DNA from: Pyrinomonadaceae bacterium
GTDB lineage: Bacteria > Acidobacteriota > Blastocatellia > Pyrinomonadales > Pyrinomonadaceae
Reading direction: 5' to 3'
DNA: 64,000 nucleotides
Assembly (NCBI GenBank): GCA_036507195.1
Contig: DASXQM010000273.1
Span: 1,055 to 65,054 of the forward strand
In this document: piece by piece, positions 1-9,757 of the stretch
Position numbering within the stretch: position 1 is the stretch's first letter
Layout of the letters: every line of letters begins with the position of its first letter
Translations under genes and position numbers: made by a program
Notes under the pieces: model-generated
The model's database searches: none
The model's input: the letters and a program-made list of their open reading frames with translations, nothing else
Told to the model about the DNA's origin: nothing

Positions 1-1
1 A

Positions 2-1273
2 GGAGTCAACCTGGGAATTGACGTGTATATGGAGTGCGCCATTACACGTTTGTTGAAAGACGGCGAACGCGTCGCGGGCGCCATCGGATACTGGCGTGAG
101 ACCGGACGATTCGTTGTCTTCAAAGCCAGGTCGGTAGTTGTCGCCACGGGCGGCATCGGCAAAGCCTGGCGTATCACGTCAAACTCCTGGGAATATACAG
201 GGGACGGGATGGCTCTCGCGTACGACGCCGGTGCGGAGTTAATGGATATGGAGTTTGTGCAGTTTCATCCCACCGGAATGGTCTGGCCGCCCGGCGTACA
301 AGGCATTCTAGTGACCGAGGCGGTCAGGGGCGAAGGTGGCACATTGCGCAACAAAGATGGCGAGCGGTTCATGGAACGTTACGATCCGGAAAAGATGGAA
401 CTGTCTACGCGCGACGTCGTGGCGCGGGCAATTTACACTGAAGTACGCGAGGGACGCGGCACGGAGCATGGCGGCGCTTATCTCGACATCTCGCATAAGC
501 CCGCGGAGTATGTGAAGCGAAAGCTGCCAAGCATGTATCACCAGTTTCGCGAGCTGGCGGACGTAGACATCACCCAGGGACCGATGGAAGTTGGGCCGAC
601 TTGTCATTATATGATGGGAGGCATTCGCGTGGAGGCTGAGACAGCTCAAACAACGGTGCCGGGATTGTTCGCAGCAGGTGAGGCTGCCGCGGGTCTGCAT
701 GGAGCAAATCGTTTGGGAGGTAATTCGCTCTCCGATCTACTGGTCTTCGGCCGGCGCGCAGGACTCAGCGCTGCTGAACATGCCGGGCAGGTTGGTCCTG
801 GAGTAGTAGATGCCCAGCAGCTCGAAGAAGGCGCGCGCGAGCTGCTTGTACCTTTCGAGCGCCCCGCCGGCGAAGGTCCCTACGAGATTCATGCGTGTTT
901 GCAGGAATCAATGCAGAACTACGTCGGCATCTTTCGAAATGAAGATGACTTGAAGAAAGGGCTTTCAGAACTTCAAATGCTGAATGAGCGCGCCGCACGA
1001 GTGAAAGTTGAAGGTTCGCGGCTATTCAATCCAGGATGGCATCTTGCACGCGATCTGAAATCGATGTTGACGGTTTCGGAAGCCGTGGCTTTAAGCGCAT
1101 TGGAACGCAAGGAGAGTCGTGGCGCGCATAGTAGAATCGATTACCCTAACTACCATCAGACATGGGGCAAACAGAACAACATCATCCAGCGTGACGGCGA
1201 CCAGATGAAACTGAAGCAGTTGCCGATAGGGGAAATGCCCAGGGAACTAAAGGATCTTCTTGACGAAAAATAG
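2..1273 (+). CDS. sdhA: succinate dehydrogenase/fumarate reductase flavoprotein subunit, C-terminal ~420 aa (5' end outside window)
   Basis: Frame is open from nt 2. Motifs FVQFHPTG, TEAVRGEGG, HYMMGGI, GANRLGGNSL and ESRGAHSR are typical of SdhA/FrdA. sdhB follows. Confidence 0.9.
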   Translation, partial: GVNLGIDVYMECAITRLLKDGERVAGAIGYWRETGRFVVFKARSVVVATGGIGKAWRITSNSWEYTGDGMALAYDAGAELMDMEFVQFHPTGMVWPPGVQGILVTEAVRGEGGTLRNKDGERFMERYDPEKMELSTRDVVARAIYTEVREGRGTEHGGAYLDISHKPAEYVKRKLPSMYHQFRELADVDITQGPMEVGPTCHYMMGGIRVEAETAQTTVPGLFAAGEAAAGLHGANRLGGNSLSDLLVFGRRAGLSAAEHAGQVGPGVVDAQQLEEGARELLVPFERPAGEGPYEIHACLQESMQNYVGIFRNEDDLKKGLSELQMLNERAARVKVEGSRLFNPGWHLARDLKSMLTVSEAVALSALERKESRGAHSRIDYPNYHQTWGKQNNIIQRDGDQMKLKQLPIGEMPRELKDLLDEK

Positions 1274-1419
1274 TGTCAGTGGTCAGTTGTCCGTTTTGGT
1301 CTTTGGACTTCGGTCTTGGGTTTTGGCCGCTAGGCAGGCTCGGGAGCCGTACTTCTCAAAGACCAAAGACCAAAGACCAATCTAGATCGACTAACAACTG
1401 ACAACTGACCACTGACAAC
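1273..1419. repeat. compound imperfect palindrome in the sdhA-sdhB spacer. Outer words are gtcagtggtcagttgtc / gacaactgaccactgac; inner words are ggtctttgg / ccaaagacc.
   Basis: Inverted arms read directly at about 1273-1328 and 1358-1419. Each arm is built of short tandem words. Confidence 0.8.
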
Positions 1420-1431
1420 GGATCAGCTGCA

Positions 1432-2169
1432 ATGCCTGACGCAACATTCAACATCTTTCGCGGCGATCGAAACGGCGGCGAGCTAGTGACGTATAAGGTA
1501 CCTATCGCGCCAGGTATGGTTGTGCTCGATGCGCTCCACTACATTCAGGGACATCTGGCGCCGGACCTGGCGGTCCGGTGGAACTGCAAAGCGGGCAAGT
1601 GTGGCTCGTGTTCGGCAGAAGTCAATGGCCGACCGCGGTTGACGTGCAAGACTCGTCTGGATGCTTTGCCACTGGATGAACCCATTACTGTCCAGCCGAT
1701 GAAAAGTTTTCCGGTCATCAGAGATCTGGTAACTGACGTATCCTGGAACTACAAAGTCAACAGAAAGATTCCGCCATTCAGCCCGCGCCCGAATGTTGAA
1801 TGGAAAATGGATCAACGAGACGTCGATCGCGTGCAAGAGTTTCGCAAGTGCATCGAATGTTTTCTGTGTCAGAATGTTTGCCACGTCCTGCGCGACCACA
1901 ACAAGGAGGAACAGTTTGGTGGTCCCCGCTTCTTCGTTCGCATCGCCGGGTTGGATATGCATCCGCTCGATGGTTTGTCTCGAACTGAGTTGCTGAAGGA
2001 TGAGCTCGGCATCGGTCTGTGCAATATCACCAAGTGTTGTACAGAAGTCTGCCCGGAAGATATTCATATCACCGATAACGCTATCATTCCTCTCAAGGAG
2101 CGGGTAGTTGATGATTACTACGATCCAGTTCGCTGGTTCTTGCGGAAGATAAGTAGAAAGAGACGATAG
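1432..2169 (+). CDS. sdhB: succinate dehydrogenase/fumarate reductase iron-sulfur subunit
   Basis: 2Fe-2S motif CKAGKCGSC, 4Fe-4S motif CIECFLCQNVC and CTEVCP cluster motif. Lies downstream of sdhA. Confidence 0.9.
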   Translation: MPDATFNIFRGDRNGGELVTYKVPIAPGMVVLDALHYIQGHLAPDLAVRWNCKAGKCGSCSAEVNGRPRLTCKTRLDALPLDEPITVQPMKSFPVIRDLVTDVSWNYKVNRKIPPFSPRPNVEWKMDQRDVDRVQEFRKCIECFLCQNVCHVLRDHNKEEQFGGPRFFVRIAGLDMHPLDGLSRTELLKDELGIGLCNITKCCTEVCPEDIHITDNAIIPLKERVVDDYYDPVRWFLRKISRKRR

Positions 2170-2317
2170 GAGCAGGAGCAGGCAGCAGGAGGCAGGAGCC
2201 GGAGGCAGGTGGCAGGTGGCAGAGCACACCATGCAGCAAGAAAGCCATGAATCCTTTGATTGATTTAGCATTTGTCCTTTGTGTATTGGTCTCCTGCTCC
2301 TGACTCCTGCTCCGCCT
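2168..2317. repeat. word palindrome (aggagcaggagcagg... / ...cctgctcctgactcctgctcc)
   Basis: Left arm 2168-2222 and right arm 2291-2317 are reverse complements built of AGGAGC-type words. The loop is about 70 nt. Confidence 0.75.
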
Positions 2318-2331
2318 GAATAGGAGGCCAC

Positions 2332-2841
2332 ATGGAACCAAAACTTAAGCCAATTTCAATAGCCGGGATTGCTGAAGCGATCTCTAAGACGGAAGTGTAT
2401 CGTTATCTGAATGAGCCGGGCGAGGCAGAGTCGATCTGTCGGGACATACTTGCTATCGAGCCTGACAATCAAGCAGCACTGCGTCTGCTGGGCCTTGCCA
2501 TCACGGACCAGTTTAGCGGAGATATGTCTGATCGGTATTCGGAAGCCGAGCGCGTGTTTCGCGGTCTGACAAGTGGGTATGAACGCGTCTATCACCTTGG
2601 CATTCTCCAGGAGCGAAAAGGGAAGGCACAGCTACGCGCCGGACGCCCGCCTCATGCGGTACTGCCGGTCTTCGAAGAGGCAATGGGACTTTTTGAAGAA
2701 GCGGAGAAGATTAAGCCAGCCGGCAATGACGATGCGATCCTGCGTTGGAATCGCTGCCTACGACTTTTACAGAGTCGTATTAGCTCCGAATGGAGCAAGG
2801 AAATGGAAGAGTTTGACGCCAGCGAAGGCCCGCCGGTTTAG
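2332..2841 (+). CDS. hypothetical protein, TPR-like helical repeats
   Basis: 169-aa ORF. The segment ICRDILAIEPDNQAALRLLGLAI looks like a TPR helix pair. No specific family recognised. Confidence 0.5.
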   Translation: MEPKLKPISIAGIAEAISKTEVYRYLNEPGEAESICRDILAIEPDNQAALRLLGLAITDQFSGDMSDRYSEAERVFRGLTSGYERVYHLGILQERKGKAQLRAGRPPHAVLPVFEEAMGLFEEAEKIKPAGNDDAILRWNRCLRLLQSRISSEWSKEMEEFDASEGPPV

Positions 2842-2867
2842 GCCCGCTAGTCTTTTCACTCAATATA

Positions 2868-3060
2868 GAGCGGGGTGCTACAGCCCGCTTTGAAAGCCTT
2901 TAAGCTAGCAAGTAATTGAGCAAGTCACACAGTCTCAGGGTGAGGAAGGCGGGCTTGCCCCCGCTCCCTTCTAAAGGCTTCCAACCTAGCAAGTAATTGA
3001 GCAAGTTACATAGTCTCAAGGTAAGGAAGGCGGGCTTGCCCCCGCGCTTTGAATTTGCTT
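2868..3060. repeat. array of about 2.5 tandem units (81-nt period), each ending in a REP-like hairpin GGCGGGCTTGCCCCCGC plus a TTCTAAA/TTTGAAA tail
   Basis: Units 2905-2964 and 2986-3045 are near-identical (ctagcaagtaattgagcaagt...ggaaggcgggcttgcccccgc). A partial unit lies at 2868-2898. The array sits immediately upstream of the RAYT gene. Confidence 0.85.
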
Positions 3061-3070
3061 CCTTACCCTA

Positions 3071-3648
3071 ATGGCACGCAAGTGGTCCAATCAAAATCTC
3101 CCAGGGGCCCTACACTTTGTCACCGGAAACTTTCTTAACAGGATTCCGGTCTTCAACCAGCAACCCTGCTGCCAGTCATTTATCGATACCTTTGCAACCT
3201 TACTTAACGAGTGGCCCTGCAAACTAATTGCATATGTGTTGATGCCTGATCATCTTCATCTGATAGTCAATCCACGAGACGGAAGAATCCGAGAATTCAC
3301 TGGAAGAGCCTCTCCGCGCGAGCTATCACAAAAACTGCGCGCGGCATAGACTACAAAGTAGACTCTGACGGTTCGTTTTATCGAGTCTGGCAGGAAAGTT
3401 TTAGGGCGGTCCCGCTATGGAGCGCCTGGATGATATGGCAGAAAATCAACTACATTCATGCCAATCCGGTGAAGGCTGGATTAGTGTCATCTGCCAAAGA
3501 CTACTACTGGTCGAGCTTTCAAGCCTTCTATTCAGGAAGTGAAAAACCCCTGAAGGTGGATCAGGATTGGTGGTGGCCTGATGATTCTGAGAAGTTATCT
3601 AAAGCTATGAAGGAGTTGGGTTGGCGAACTTATCACAAAAGAAACTGA
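3071..3648 (+). pseudogene. REP-associated tyrosine transposase (RAYT, IS200/IS605 Y1-transposase-like) with one frameshift near nt 3295-3305
   Basis: ORF 3071-3349 carries the HUH motif (PDHLHLIV). A second frame is open from about 3256 to 3648. It reads WKSLSARAI...VWQESF...NYIHANPVKAGLV...YYWSS, which includes the catalytic Tyr region. One indel would join the two parts. Confidence 0.8.
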
Positions 3649-3654
3649 CAAAGA

Positions 3655-3685
3655 GCGGGGGCAAGCCCGCCTTCCCGACCCTGAG
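3655..3685. repeat. inverted copy of the RAYT-flanking REP hairpin (gcgggggcaagcccgccttcccgaccctgag)
   Basis: Near-exact reverse complement of ctcagggtgaggaaggcgggcttgcccccgc found at about 2934-2964. Confidence 0.85.
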
Positions 3686-3845
3686 CTGCCTTTACTTTGT
3701 TCTGATCTTCATCTTGAGAGGCTTTCGACCCAGTGAGAACGTTTCAAATAGGAGAGTTGGCAAAGTTCAACTCATTTCTTCATAGCTGTTAATAAATCCT
3801 TCTGAGCTTCGTTTCTAAGGTGGAGACGATTTTCAGGAGGACACA

Positions 3846-4421
3846 GTGCAGGCAGCCGCTAAAACATTGAGATTAGTTACCGAACCTCCCAATAGCCGCC
3901 AGACGGAGCTGGAAATGCTTTTCCAGTCACATCACGACCGCGTTTTTCGCACCGCGCATCGAATTACCGGCAGTCCTGCCGATGCCGAAGATGTGCTGCA
4001 AACTGTTTTCCTGCGACTTGTTAAAGGCAAGGAGACTTACAACCTCTCGGAAAACGCCGAGGCTTACCTGTCACGAGCGGCGATTAATGCGTCGTTGGAT
4101 CTGATGCGCAGCCGCAGCCGAACGAAATCGGTCGGACTCGGTGATGTCGATACCGAATCGCTTGCAGGTAGATTTCAAAGTCCGGAGGCTGAACACGCTG
4201 ACCGCGAACTGCAAACCCTGATTCGCCAGGCGGTGGCTGAATTGGGAAAAACAGCCGGCGAGATGTTTGTGCTGCGTTACTACGAAGGCTACGACAACCA
4301 GGAAATCGCCAGGATGCTTGACACGTCGCAGATGGTTGTTGGAGTCGTGCTGCATCGCGCGCGCACAAAACTACGAAAAGAAATTGGGCAATATCTGGAG
4401 AAACATCATGAAAAGCAATAA
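3846..4421 (+). CDS. ECF-type RNA polymerase sigma-70 family factor
   Basis: Region 2 (DAEDVLQTVFLRL) and region 4 HTH (QEIARMLDTSQMVVGVVLHRARTKLRKEI). GTG start 6 nt after AGGAGG. Confidence 0.85.
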   Translation: MQAAAKTLRLVTEPPNSRQTELEMLFQSHHDRVFRTAHRITGSPADAEDVLQTVFLRLVKGKETYNLSENAEAYLSRAAINASLDLMRSRSRTKSVGLGDVDTESLAGRFQSPEAEHADRELQTLIRQAVAELGKTAGEMFVLRYYEGYDNQEIARMLDTSQMVVGVVLHRARTKLRKEIGQYLEKHHEKQ

Positions 4422-7128
4422 TGATTTTGACGCGATCCTCGACAACGCTACCAACGAAATGCGGAACGAGCAGATCGATTCGGCGAAAGTTAACGAAGCG
4501 GCTGAGCGTGTTTGGGCGCGCCTGGCCACGGAAACCGCCGGGCGAATTAGCACGGACACGGTAGCGAGCGGGAGAATCGGAAGTTGCGCTGATTTTCAGT
4601 CACTCATCCCCGCTTATCTGACTGACAGTTTGTCTGAAGCTCGTTCATTGCTGTTGGTCGATCACACGCACGAGTGCATCCCTTGCCGCAACGCACTGAA
4701 GGATGCGCGCTCGCGCTATGAAAATCGCATGGCGCCGGCCAGGAAGGCCGTCGTCACACGCCGCTATAGCATTCAGCCTGTTGTTCTGCGATGGGGAATT
4801 GCCGCAGCGCTGATTATTGGCGTCGGACTCATTGCCCTGCCGTTTATTCAGCGTTACGTGCCGGTCGGCGGAGATTTGGAGGCTACGGTTCAAGCCGCCG
4901 AAGGGCAGGTTTATCAGATCGCTGACACTCGCAGCGCGCCCGTCGTTTCCGGCGAAAGACTGCAAAAGGGCGACCGTATTCGTACGGCAAAAGATGGGCA
5001 CGCGTTCGTTCGTCTGGGCGATGGCTCGGTCATCGAAATGAAGGACCGTTCCGAGTTGTCGCTTAGCAAGAACTCGCTGGGCACAACTATTCATCTGAAT
5101 CGGGGCGCGATCGTCGTCGAAGCTGCGAAACAGGGAAAGCAACATCTTTTCGTCGACACGGGGGATTCGCACGTATCGGTTACGGGCACGGTGTTTTCAG
5201 TTAACAGTGGCACCAAGGGCTCGCGCGTGTCAGTCATTGAGGGCGAAGTCCACATGGATCACGCCGGCAGCGAACGCGTTTTGCGCGGTGGAGAGCAGGC
5301 CACCACGAGTGCCGCCATCGAGAGGATTCCAGTTAAAGACGAAGTGGCATGGAGCCGCAAGGCTGAGCGTTATGCGGAGACGCTGGCCGCTTTTACTTCG
5401 CTCAACAAGGCGTTGGGCAAAGTTTCTCAGCCAGGAGTTCGCAATTCAACGCATCTTCTCGATCTGATGCCCGAGAACACAATTGTTTATGCGGCATTGC
5501 CTAACCTGACGTCGACCCTCGTTGAGTCGCACCGGATCATGCAGGAGCGCATCAACCAGAATGCCGCGCTGCGCGAATGGTGGGAAAAGGAAGAGGGGGG
5601 CCATCGAGGTCCTAACGTGGATCAGGTCATCGGCAGCATTCGTGAGTTTGGCGATTACCTGGGAGACGAAATCGCGGTCTCGGTGTCGATGGATGAAAAG
5701 GGCAAGCCGGTTGCACCGCTTGTGCTCGCGGAGCTTAAGAACTCCGCCGGTTTCCAGCAGTTTGTAGAGCAACAGATTGCGAAGTACGCCGGTAACGCCC
5801 AGGGTAATAACCAAAATCGCCCGGCAATTCGCTTTGTGCAAGATCCTTTGACTGCGACCGCAACCGCAACGGAGCCCGGCAAGAAGGCGGACGAGCTGTA
5901 CGTTTGGATTCAAAGCGATCTGTTTGCCGCAAGTCCCAAGCTTAATCAGCTTCAGGATTTGGCTACAGTCGTTCAGAAGGGCGCAACCAGCAGCTTCACC
6001 GGAACAGCGTTTCACAATCGCATTGCCCAGGTCTATCAGGAGGGCGCTGGTTTGGTTGTGGCCGCTAACCTGGAACGTCTTATTGATAGAACGAAGCCAG
6101 AGCTAACGAAGGGCGCCGGCGGCGAACAGCGTGAAAGCGCGCTGAAACAACTCGGCATTCTTAACCTCAAATACTTCGTGCTTGATCAGACAAATGCTGA
6201 AGGCAAGACGCACACTCAGGCGATGGTCTCTTTCAACGAAGCCCAGCGAGGTATTCCCTCGTGGCTCGCGGCCCCCGGGCCGATGGGTTCGCTCGAGTAC
6301 ATTTCGCCCGATGCTAATGTCGTCGCGGGCTTCGTTGTCAAAGACCCGGTGAAGTTGGTTGACGATTTACTGGGCGTCATTGAAACCGTTTCGCCGGACC
6401 TGCGGAGAAACCTGGACAAACAGCAGGCAGATCACGGCCTCGATATTCGCAGAGACATTGCAGCGCCACTTGGCGGTGAGTTTGCCTTCGCGATTGATGG
6501 TCCAATTCTACCGACGCCGTCATGGAAGATGGTGTTTGAAGTAAACGACTCGGCGCATCTGCAGCAAACACTCGAACGCGTTGTTGGTGAAATTAACAAC
6601 CAAGCGGCGAAGTTTGGCAAGTCCGGTCTGCTTTGGGATCGGGCGGACATTGCCGGCCGCACCTACTACACACTGAAGTCTGCCGATTTCGGTGTTGAGG
6701 TAAACTACACCTACGTCAATGGCTATGTAGTGATGGGCCCCAGCCGCGCAATGGTTGAGCGCTCAGTGCGCGCGCAAGAGCAAGGCTACACGCTGCTGCG
6801 CTCAACGCGTTTCACTGCCGGCTTGCCGTCGGATGGCAACGCCAACTTTTCGGCGATCTTCTATCACAACCTGGCGCCGCTGGTGCAACCCTTCGCGGAA
6901 CGCATTGCTAATTCTGCCGGCAACCTGCCACAGGAGCAGCAACAGGCAATCAAGGCGATGGCTGCCGACATGCCGCCAACGCTGGCCTACGCCTATGCCC
7001 AGGGTGACAGCATAACTTTCGCTGCCAACACTGAAGGTGGGCCGTTTGGATTGAGTCCGGCGACTTTGCTGGGTGTGCCAAACTCTTTGGAAATCCAACA
7101 CATTCTTCAGCAGGGTATGAAAAAGTAA
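4408..7128 (+). CDS. anti-sigma factor: zf-HC2 motif, one TM helix, FecR domain and a ~600-aa periplasmic DUF3352-like domain
   Basis: ATG 4408 overlaps the sigma-factor stop by 14 nt. Contains H-x3-C-x2-C (HTHECIPC), a TM helix [19 protein letters not shown] and a FecR-like segment ([24 protein letters not shown]...TGTVFSV). The ORF-track start 4267 lies inside the sigma gene and is rejected. Confidence 0.75.
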   Translation: MKSNNDFDAILDNATNEMRNEQIDSAKVNEAAERVWARLATETAGRISTDTVASGRIGSCADFQSLIPAYLTDSLSEARSLLLVDHTHECIPCRNALKDARSRYENRMAPARKAVVTRRYSIQPVVLRWGIAAALIIGVGLIALPFIQRYVPVGGDLEATVQAAEGQVYQIADTRSAPVVSGERLQKGDRIRTAKDGHAFVRLGDGSVIEMKDRSELSLSKNSLGTTIHLNRGAIVVEAAKQGKQHLFVDTGDSHVSVTGTVFSVNSGTKGSRVSVIEGEVHMDHAGSERVLRGGEQATTSAAIERIPVKDEVAWSRKAERYAETLAAFTSLNKALGKVSQPGVRNSTHLLDLMPENTIVYAALPNLTSTLVESHRIMQERINQNAALREWWEKEEGGHRGPNVDQVIGSIREFGDYLGDEIAVSVSMDEKGKPVAPLVLAELKNSAGFQQFVEQQIAKYAGNAQGNNQNRPAIRFVQDPLTATATATEPGKKADELYVWIQSDLFAASPKLNQLQDLATVVQKGATSSFTGTAFHNRIAQVYQEGAGLVVAANLERLIDRTKPELTKGAGGEQRESALKQLGILNLKYFVLDQTNAEGKTHTQAMVSFNEAQRGIPSWLAAPGPMGSLEYISPDANVVAGFVVKDPVKLVDDLLGVIETVSPDLRRNLDKQQADHGLDIRRDIAAPLGGEFAFAIDGPILPTPSWKMVFEVNDSAHLQQTLERVVGEINNQAAKFGKSGLLWDRADIAGRTYYTLKSADFGVEVNYTYVNGYVVMGPSRAMVERSVRAQEQGYTLLRSTRFTAGLPSDGNANFSAIFYHNLAPLVQPFAERIANSAGNLPQEQQQAIKAMAADMPPTLAYAYAQGDSITFAANTEGGPFGLSPATLLGVPNSLEIQHILQQGMKK

Positions 7129-7195
7129 GGCAGGTATTCCTGCCTGTGCGACGCAAACCCAGCACTAGAAACGATTGTTAGAAACTAGACCGACT

Positions 7196-7333
7196 CCTTG
7201 GAGTGCGGCGACCCTGTCGCCGCTTTGGTCTGCGGCGGCCTGGCGCCACAACTCAGCAAGCACTCAGTTCAACGAACGCTGCGACAAGTCGCAGCGGGCC
7301 AAAGCGCTGACTGGTCAGCGCACTCCAAAAAGG
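7196..7333. repeat. multi-hairpin REP-like element with inverted termini CCTTGGAGTGCG...CGCACTCCAAAAAGG
   Basis: Hairpins gcgaccctgtcgc, ctgcgacaagtcgcag and ctgactggtcag were read directly. The termini are reverse complements. Confidence 0.75.
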
Positions 7334-7344
7334 TAGTCCTGCTC

Positions 7345-7755
7345 ATGAAACTCATCTCCATCTCCCTGGGCTCGTGGCTCGTTGGACTCTCTGCCATCCT
7401 GCTGGCGTTTGTTGTTGTAGAAGGCGAGAGCTTGAGCGCAACAGACCTCAAAGGCGCGACCATCATTTCTCTCATCGTTGCAGCGTTGCTCTTCTCGCTG
7501 GCGTATGCTCCATCCCTGTTCTGGTTACGTAAGCGCCTCGGTGGTTGCCGGCCGGCGGCGCTTTTCCCTGTTGCCTCGGCGTTGATTCTCAATCTTCCGG
7601 TCTTTTTGATCGGAATTTTGGCAATCGGTAGAACTTTAGTGACCGCGGAAGCGTTTGCATTTATCGGTGCATTCGTGCTGATGGGAACGGCTTTCGGTCT
7701 TGCTTTTGTTTGGAATTATCAGAACAGGGATATAAAGTCTGCAAGATGGCATTAG
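7345..7755 (+). CDS. small integral membrane protein (about 4 TM helices)
   Basis: Hydrophobic 136-aa ORF from ATG 7345. The upstream part of track ORF 7198 is encoded by the repeat element and is unlikely to be coding. Confidence 0.55.
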   Translation: MKLISISLGSWLVGLSAILLAFVVVEGESLSATDLKGATIISLIVAALLFSLAYAPSLFWLRKRLGGCRPAALFPVASALILNLPVFLIGILAIGRTLVTAEAFAFIGAFVLMGTAFGLAFVWNYQNRDIKSARWH

Positions 7756-8729
7756 CTGAAACGGTTCAGGAACTGGCAAACCTCAAGAGCCCGGCCAACT
7801 TCGCTCCGGTCATCGATCTAAACGACCTGAGCGTCAAGTTTGGCGGGCGACCAATCCTTCAAAGTCTAAGAGGTGAACTGCGCGGGCGCGCTATTGGTCT
7901 ACTCGGTCCTAACGGCGCCGGCAAGACCACGTTGATTCACACGCTGCTGGGATTCCATTCCCCGTCCTCAGGCACGGCCCATATCTTCGGCCAGGACATT
8001 ACCACTGACGCGAAGCAAATTCGCTCGCTCGTCGGTTATATGCCCGAACGCGATTCGTATATTGCGAAGATGAGCGCCGTGCGTTTCGTGCGATTGATGG
8101 CCGAGTTGTCGGGCTTGCCGCCAGAAGCCGCGCTTGAGCGCGCTCACGAAGCTCTGTTTTATGTTGGTCTGGGAGAAGCGCGCTACCGTAGTCTTGATAC
8201 CTATTCACTGGGGATGAAACAGCTTGCCAAACTGGCACAGGCGATCGTCCATGGCCCGCGGCTGATCTTTCTTGATGAACCAACCAACGGTCTCGATCCT
8301 CCAGCTCGTCAACGAATGATCCGGCTAGTGCGGGAAATCCGGGACAGCGGCAAGGCCAATATAGTTTTGTCTTCCCATCTTTTGCGTGACGTCGAAGAGT
8401 GTTGCGAAGAAATTCTGATTCTGAAGGAGGGCCGCCTTGCGGTCTATTGCAACCTCGAGGAGGAACGCAAGTCAAATCGCAAGTTCCTGCTGCTGGAAAC
8501 GCGCGGCGACCAAGACAGGTTTGTTGAAGCCGTTGGCGCGCTGGGCTGCGAATACGCGCTGACGGGAGATCACCGCGTTAAGTTGGTATTACATGACGGC
8601 ATCGAGGTGCGCGACCTTTATCGCATCGCGTCGGAGTACGATGTGCAAATCAGGCGCCTGAGTTACAAGCGCGATTCTCTGGAAGACATCTTCCTGAAAG
8701 CGATGGAGAACGGCCATGGCGGTTTATGA
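7746..8729 (+). CDS. ABC transporter ATP-binding protein
   Basis: Walker [10 protein letters not shown], signature YSLGMKQ, Walker [13 protein letters not shown]. Confidence 0.9.
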   Translation: MALAETVQELANLKSPANFAPVIDLNDLSVKFGGRPILQSLRGELRGRAIGLLGPNGAGKTTLIHTLLGFHSPSSGTAHIFGQDITTDAKQIRSLVGYMPERDSYIAKMSAVRFVRLMAELSGLPPEAALERAHEALFYVGLGEARYRSLDTYSLGMKQLAKLAQAIVHGPRLIFLDEPTNGLDPPARQRMIRLVREIRDSGKANIVLSSHLLRDVEECCEEILILKEGRLAVYCNLEEERKSNRKFLLLETRGDQDRFVEAVGALGCEYALTGDHRVKLVLHDGIEVRDLYRIASEYDVQIRRLSYKRDSLEDIFLKAMENGHGGL

Positions 8730-9630
8730 GCACACCTACAAGCAGTATCTCGGAAAGCTGACTCCTGAATGGAGCCGGTTTCTGGTGATCCCGCGCCACG
8801 CCTTCCGAGACGTTTTCAAGTCAAAACTATTCACGGCGTTTTTCGTCGTCTGCTTTATTCCCCTTTTGATCGAAGCGATTCTCATTTATCTCCACCACAA
8901 CGTGAACGCGCTCGCGATCTTGAAAGTAGACGTTAGAGAGCTGATCCCGATTGACGCTTTCTTCTTCCAAACCTTTGTGAACCTGCAAGGCACGTTTGCT
9001 TTCTTTGTGACCCTGCTGGTGGGACCACCGCTGGTCGCGCGCGATCTTAGAAACAATGCCTTGCCACTCTATTTGTGCCGTCCGTTTTCGCGGACGGAGT
9101 ACGTGCTCGGGAAAATGTCGGTCCTGCTGATTCTGCTTTCGGCGATCACCTGGGCGCCGCAGTTGTTGTTATTCTTGCTGCAGTCATATCTCGAGGGTGC
9201 CAGCTGGTTTGTGAATAACCTCTCGATTGCCAGCGCAATCTTCATCGGTAGCGTTGTTTGGATTCTACTGCTGGCGTTGCTTTCACAAGCCATATCGGCC
9301 CTGGTGAAATGGCGGGTCATAGCGAGCGCCGCATTGCTCGGCATCCTCTTTATTCCCTCAGTATTCGGCGAAGTAATAAACCAGATCTTTCTGACGCGCT
9401 GGGGCAACATTATTAGTCTGGGCGCGCTCATCAAGAATGTTACGTCCGGGCTTTTCGGTACGTTTGTCCAGGCTTCCGGACACGTTACGGCTTGGGACGG
9501 GCGAATCGGACGCGAAATCGTCCTGAATGAGCCGCCACTCTGGGCGTCGTGGTTTGCGCTGTTCGTCGTATGCGTTATTTGCCTGGCACTGCTTGCGAGA
9601 AAGGTCAAGGCTTACGAGGTGGTGAAGTGA
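8716..9630 (+). CDS. ABC-2-type transporter permease
   Basis: Polytopic 304-aa membrane protein. Its start overlaps the ATPase stop by 14 nt and is preceded by GGAGA. Confidence 0.7.
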   Translation: MAVYEHTYKQYLGKLTPEWSRFLVIPRHAFRDVFKSKLFTAFFVVCFIPLLIEAILIYLHHNVNALAILKVDVRELIPIDAFFFQTFVNLQGTFAFFVTLLVGPPLVARDLRNNALPLYLCRPFSRTEYVLGKMSVLLILLSAITWAPQLLLFLLQSYLEGASWFVNNLSIASAIFIGSVVWILLLALLSQAISALVKWRVIASAALLGILFIPSVFGEVINQIFLTRWGNIISLGALIKNVTSGLFGTFVQASGHVTAWDGRIGREIVLNEPPLWASWFALFVVCVICLALLARKVKAYEVVK

Positions 9631-9753
9631 ATTTCTAATTTCGTGATCCCGGAGTTGAGCAGCAGGCTGTGAAGAATCTATGAGCGAGGCCAAACCAAAA
9701 CTTGGAAGTCCGCCAGACATAATTCGAAATTCGCAATCCGAAATTCGAAATTC
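9629..9753. repeat. word palindrome (gaatttctaatttcg ... cgaaattcgcaatccgaaattcgaaattc)
   Basis: Left arm about 9629-9645. Right arm is four tandem 7-mers at 9724-9753. Confidence 0.6.
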
Positions 9754-9757
9754 TGAG

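Noticed and set aside
1483-2331. 282-aa minus-strand ORF covering sdhB
   Set aside because: It is antisense to an ORF carrying all three Fe-S cluster motifs. Its N-terminal part is encoded by the 2168-2317 palindrome.
2868-3060. Possibility that the tandem units here, or at 54512-54775, are CRISPR arrays
   Set aside because: There are only 2-3 units, the period is 81 or 121 nt, the units are contiguous without unique spacers, and no cas genes are present. They fit REP and MITE arrays instead.
4267-4407. Longest-ORF start of the anti-sigma gene at 4267
   Set aside because: Those 47 codons overlap the conserved region-4 coding part of the sigma gene in another frame. ATG 4408, preceded by GGAGA, gives the usual small sigma/anti-sigma overlap.
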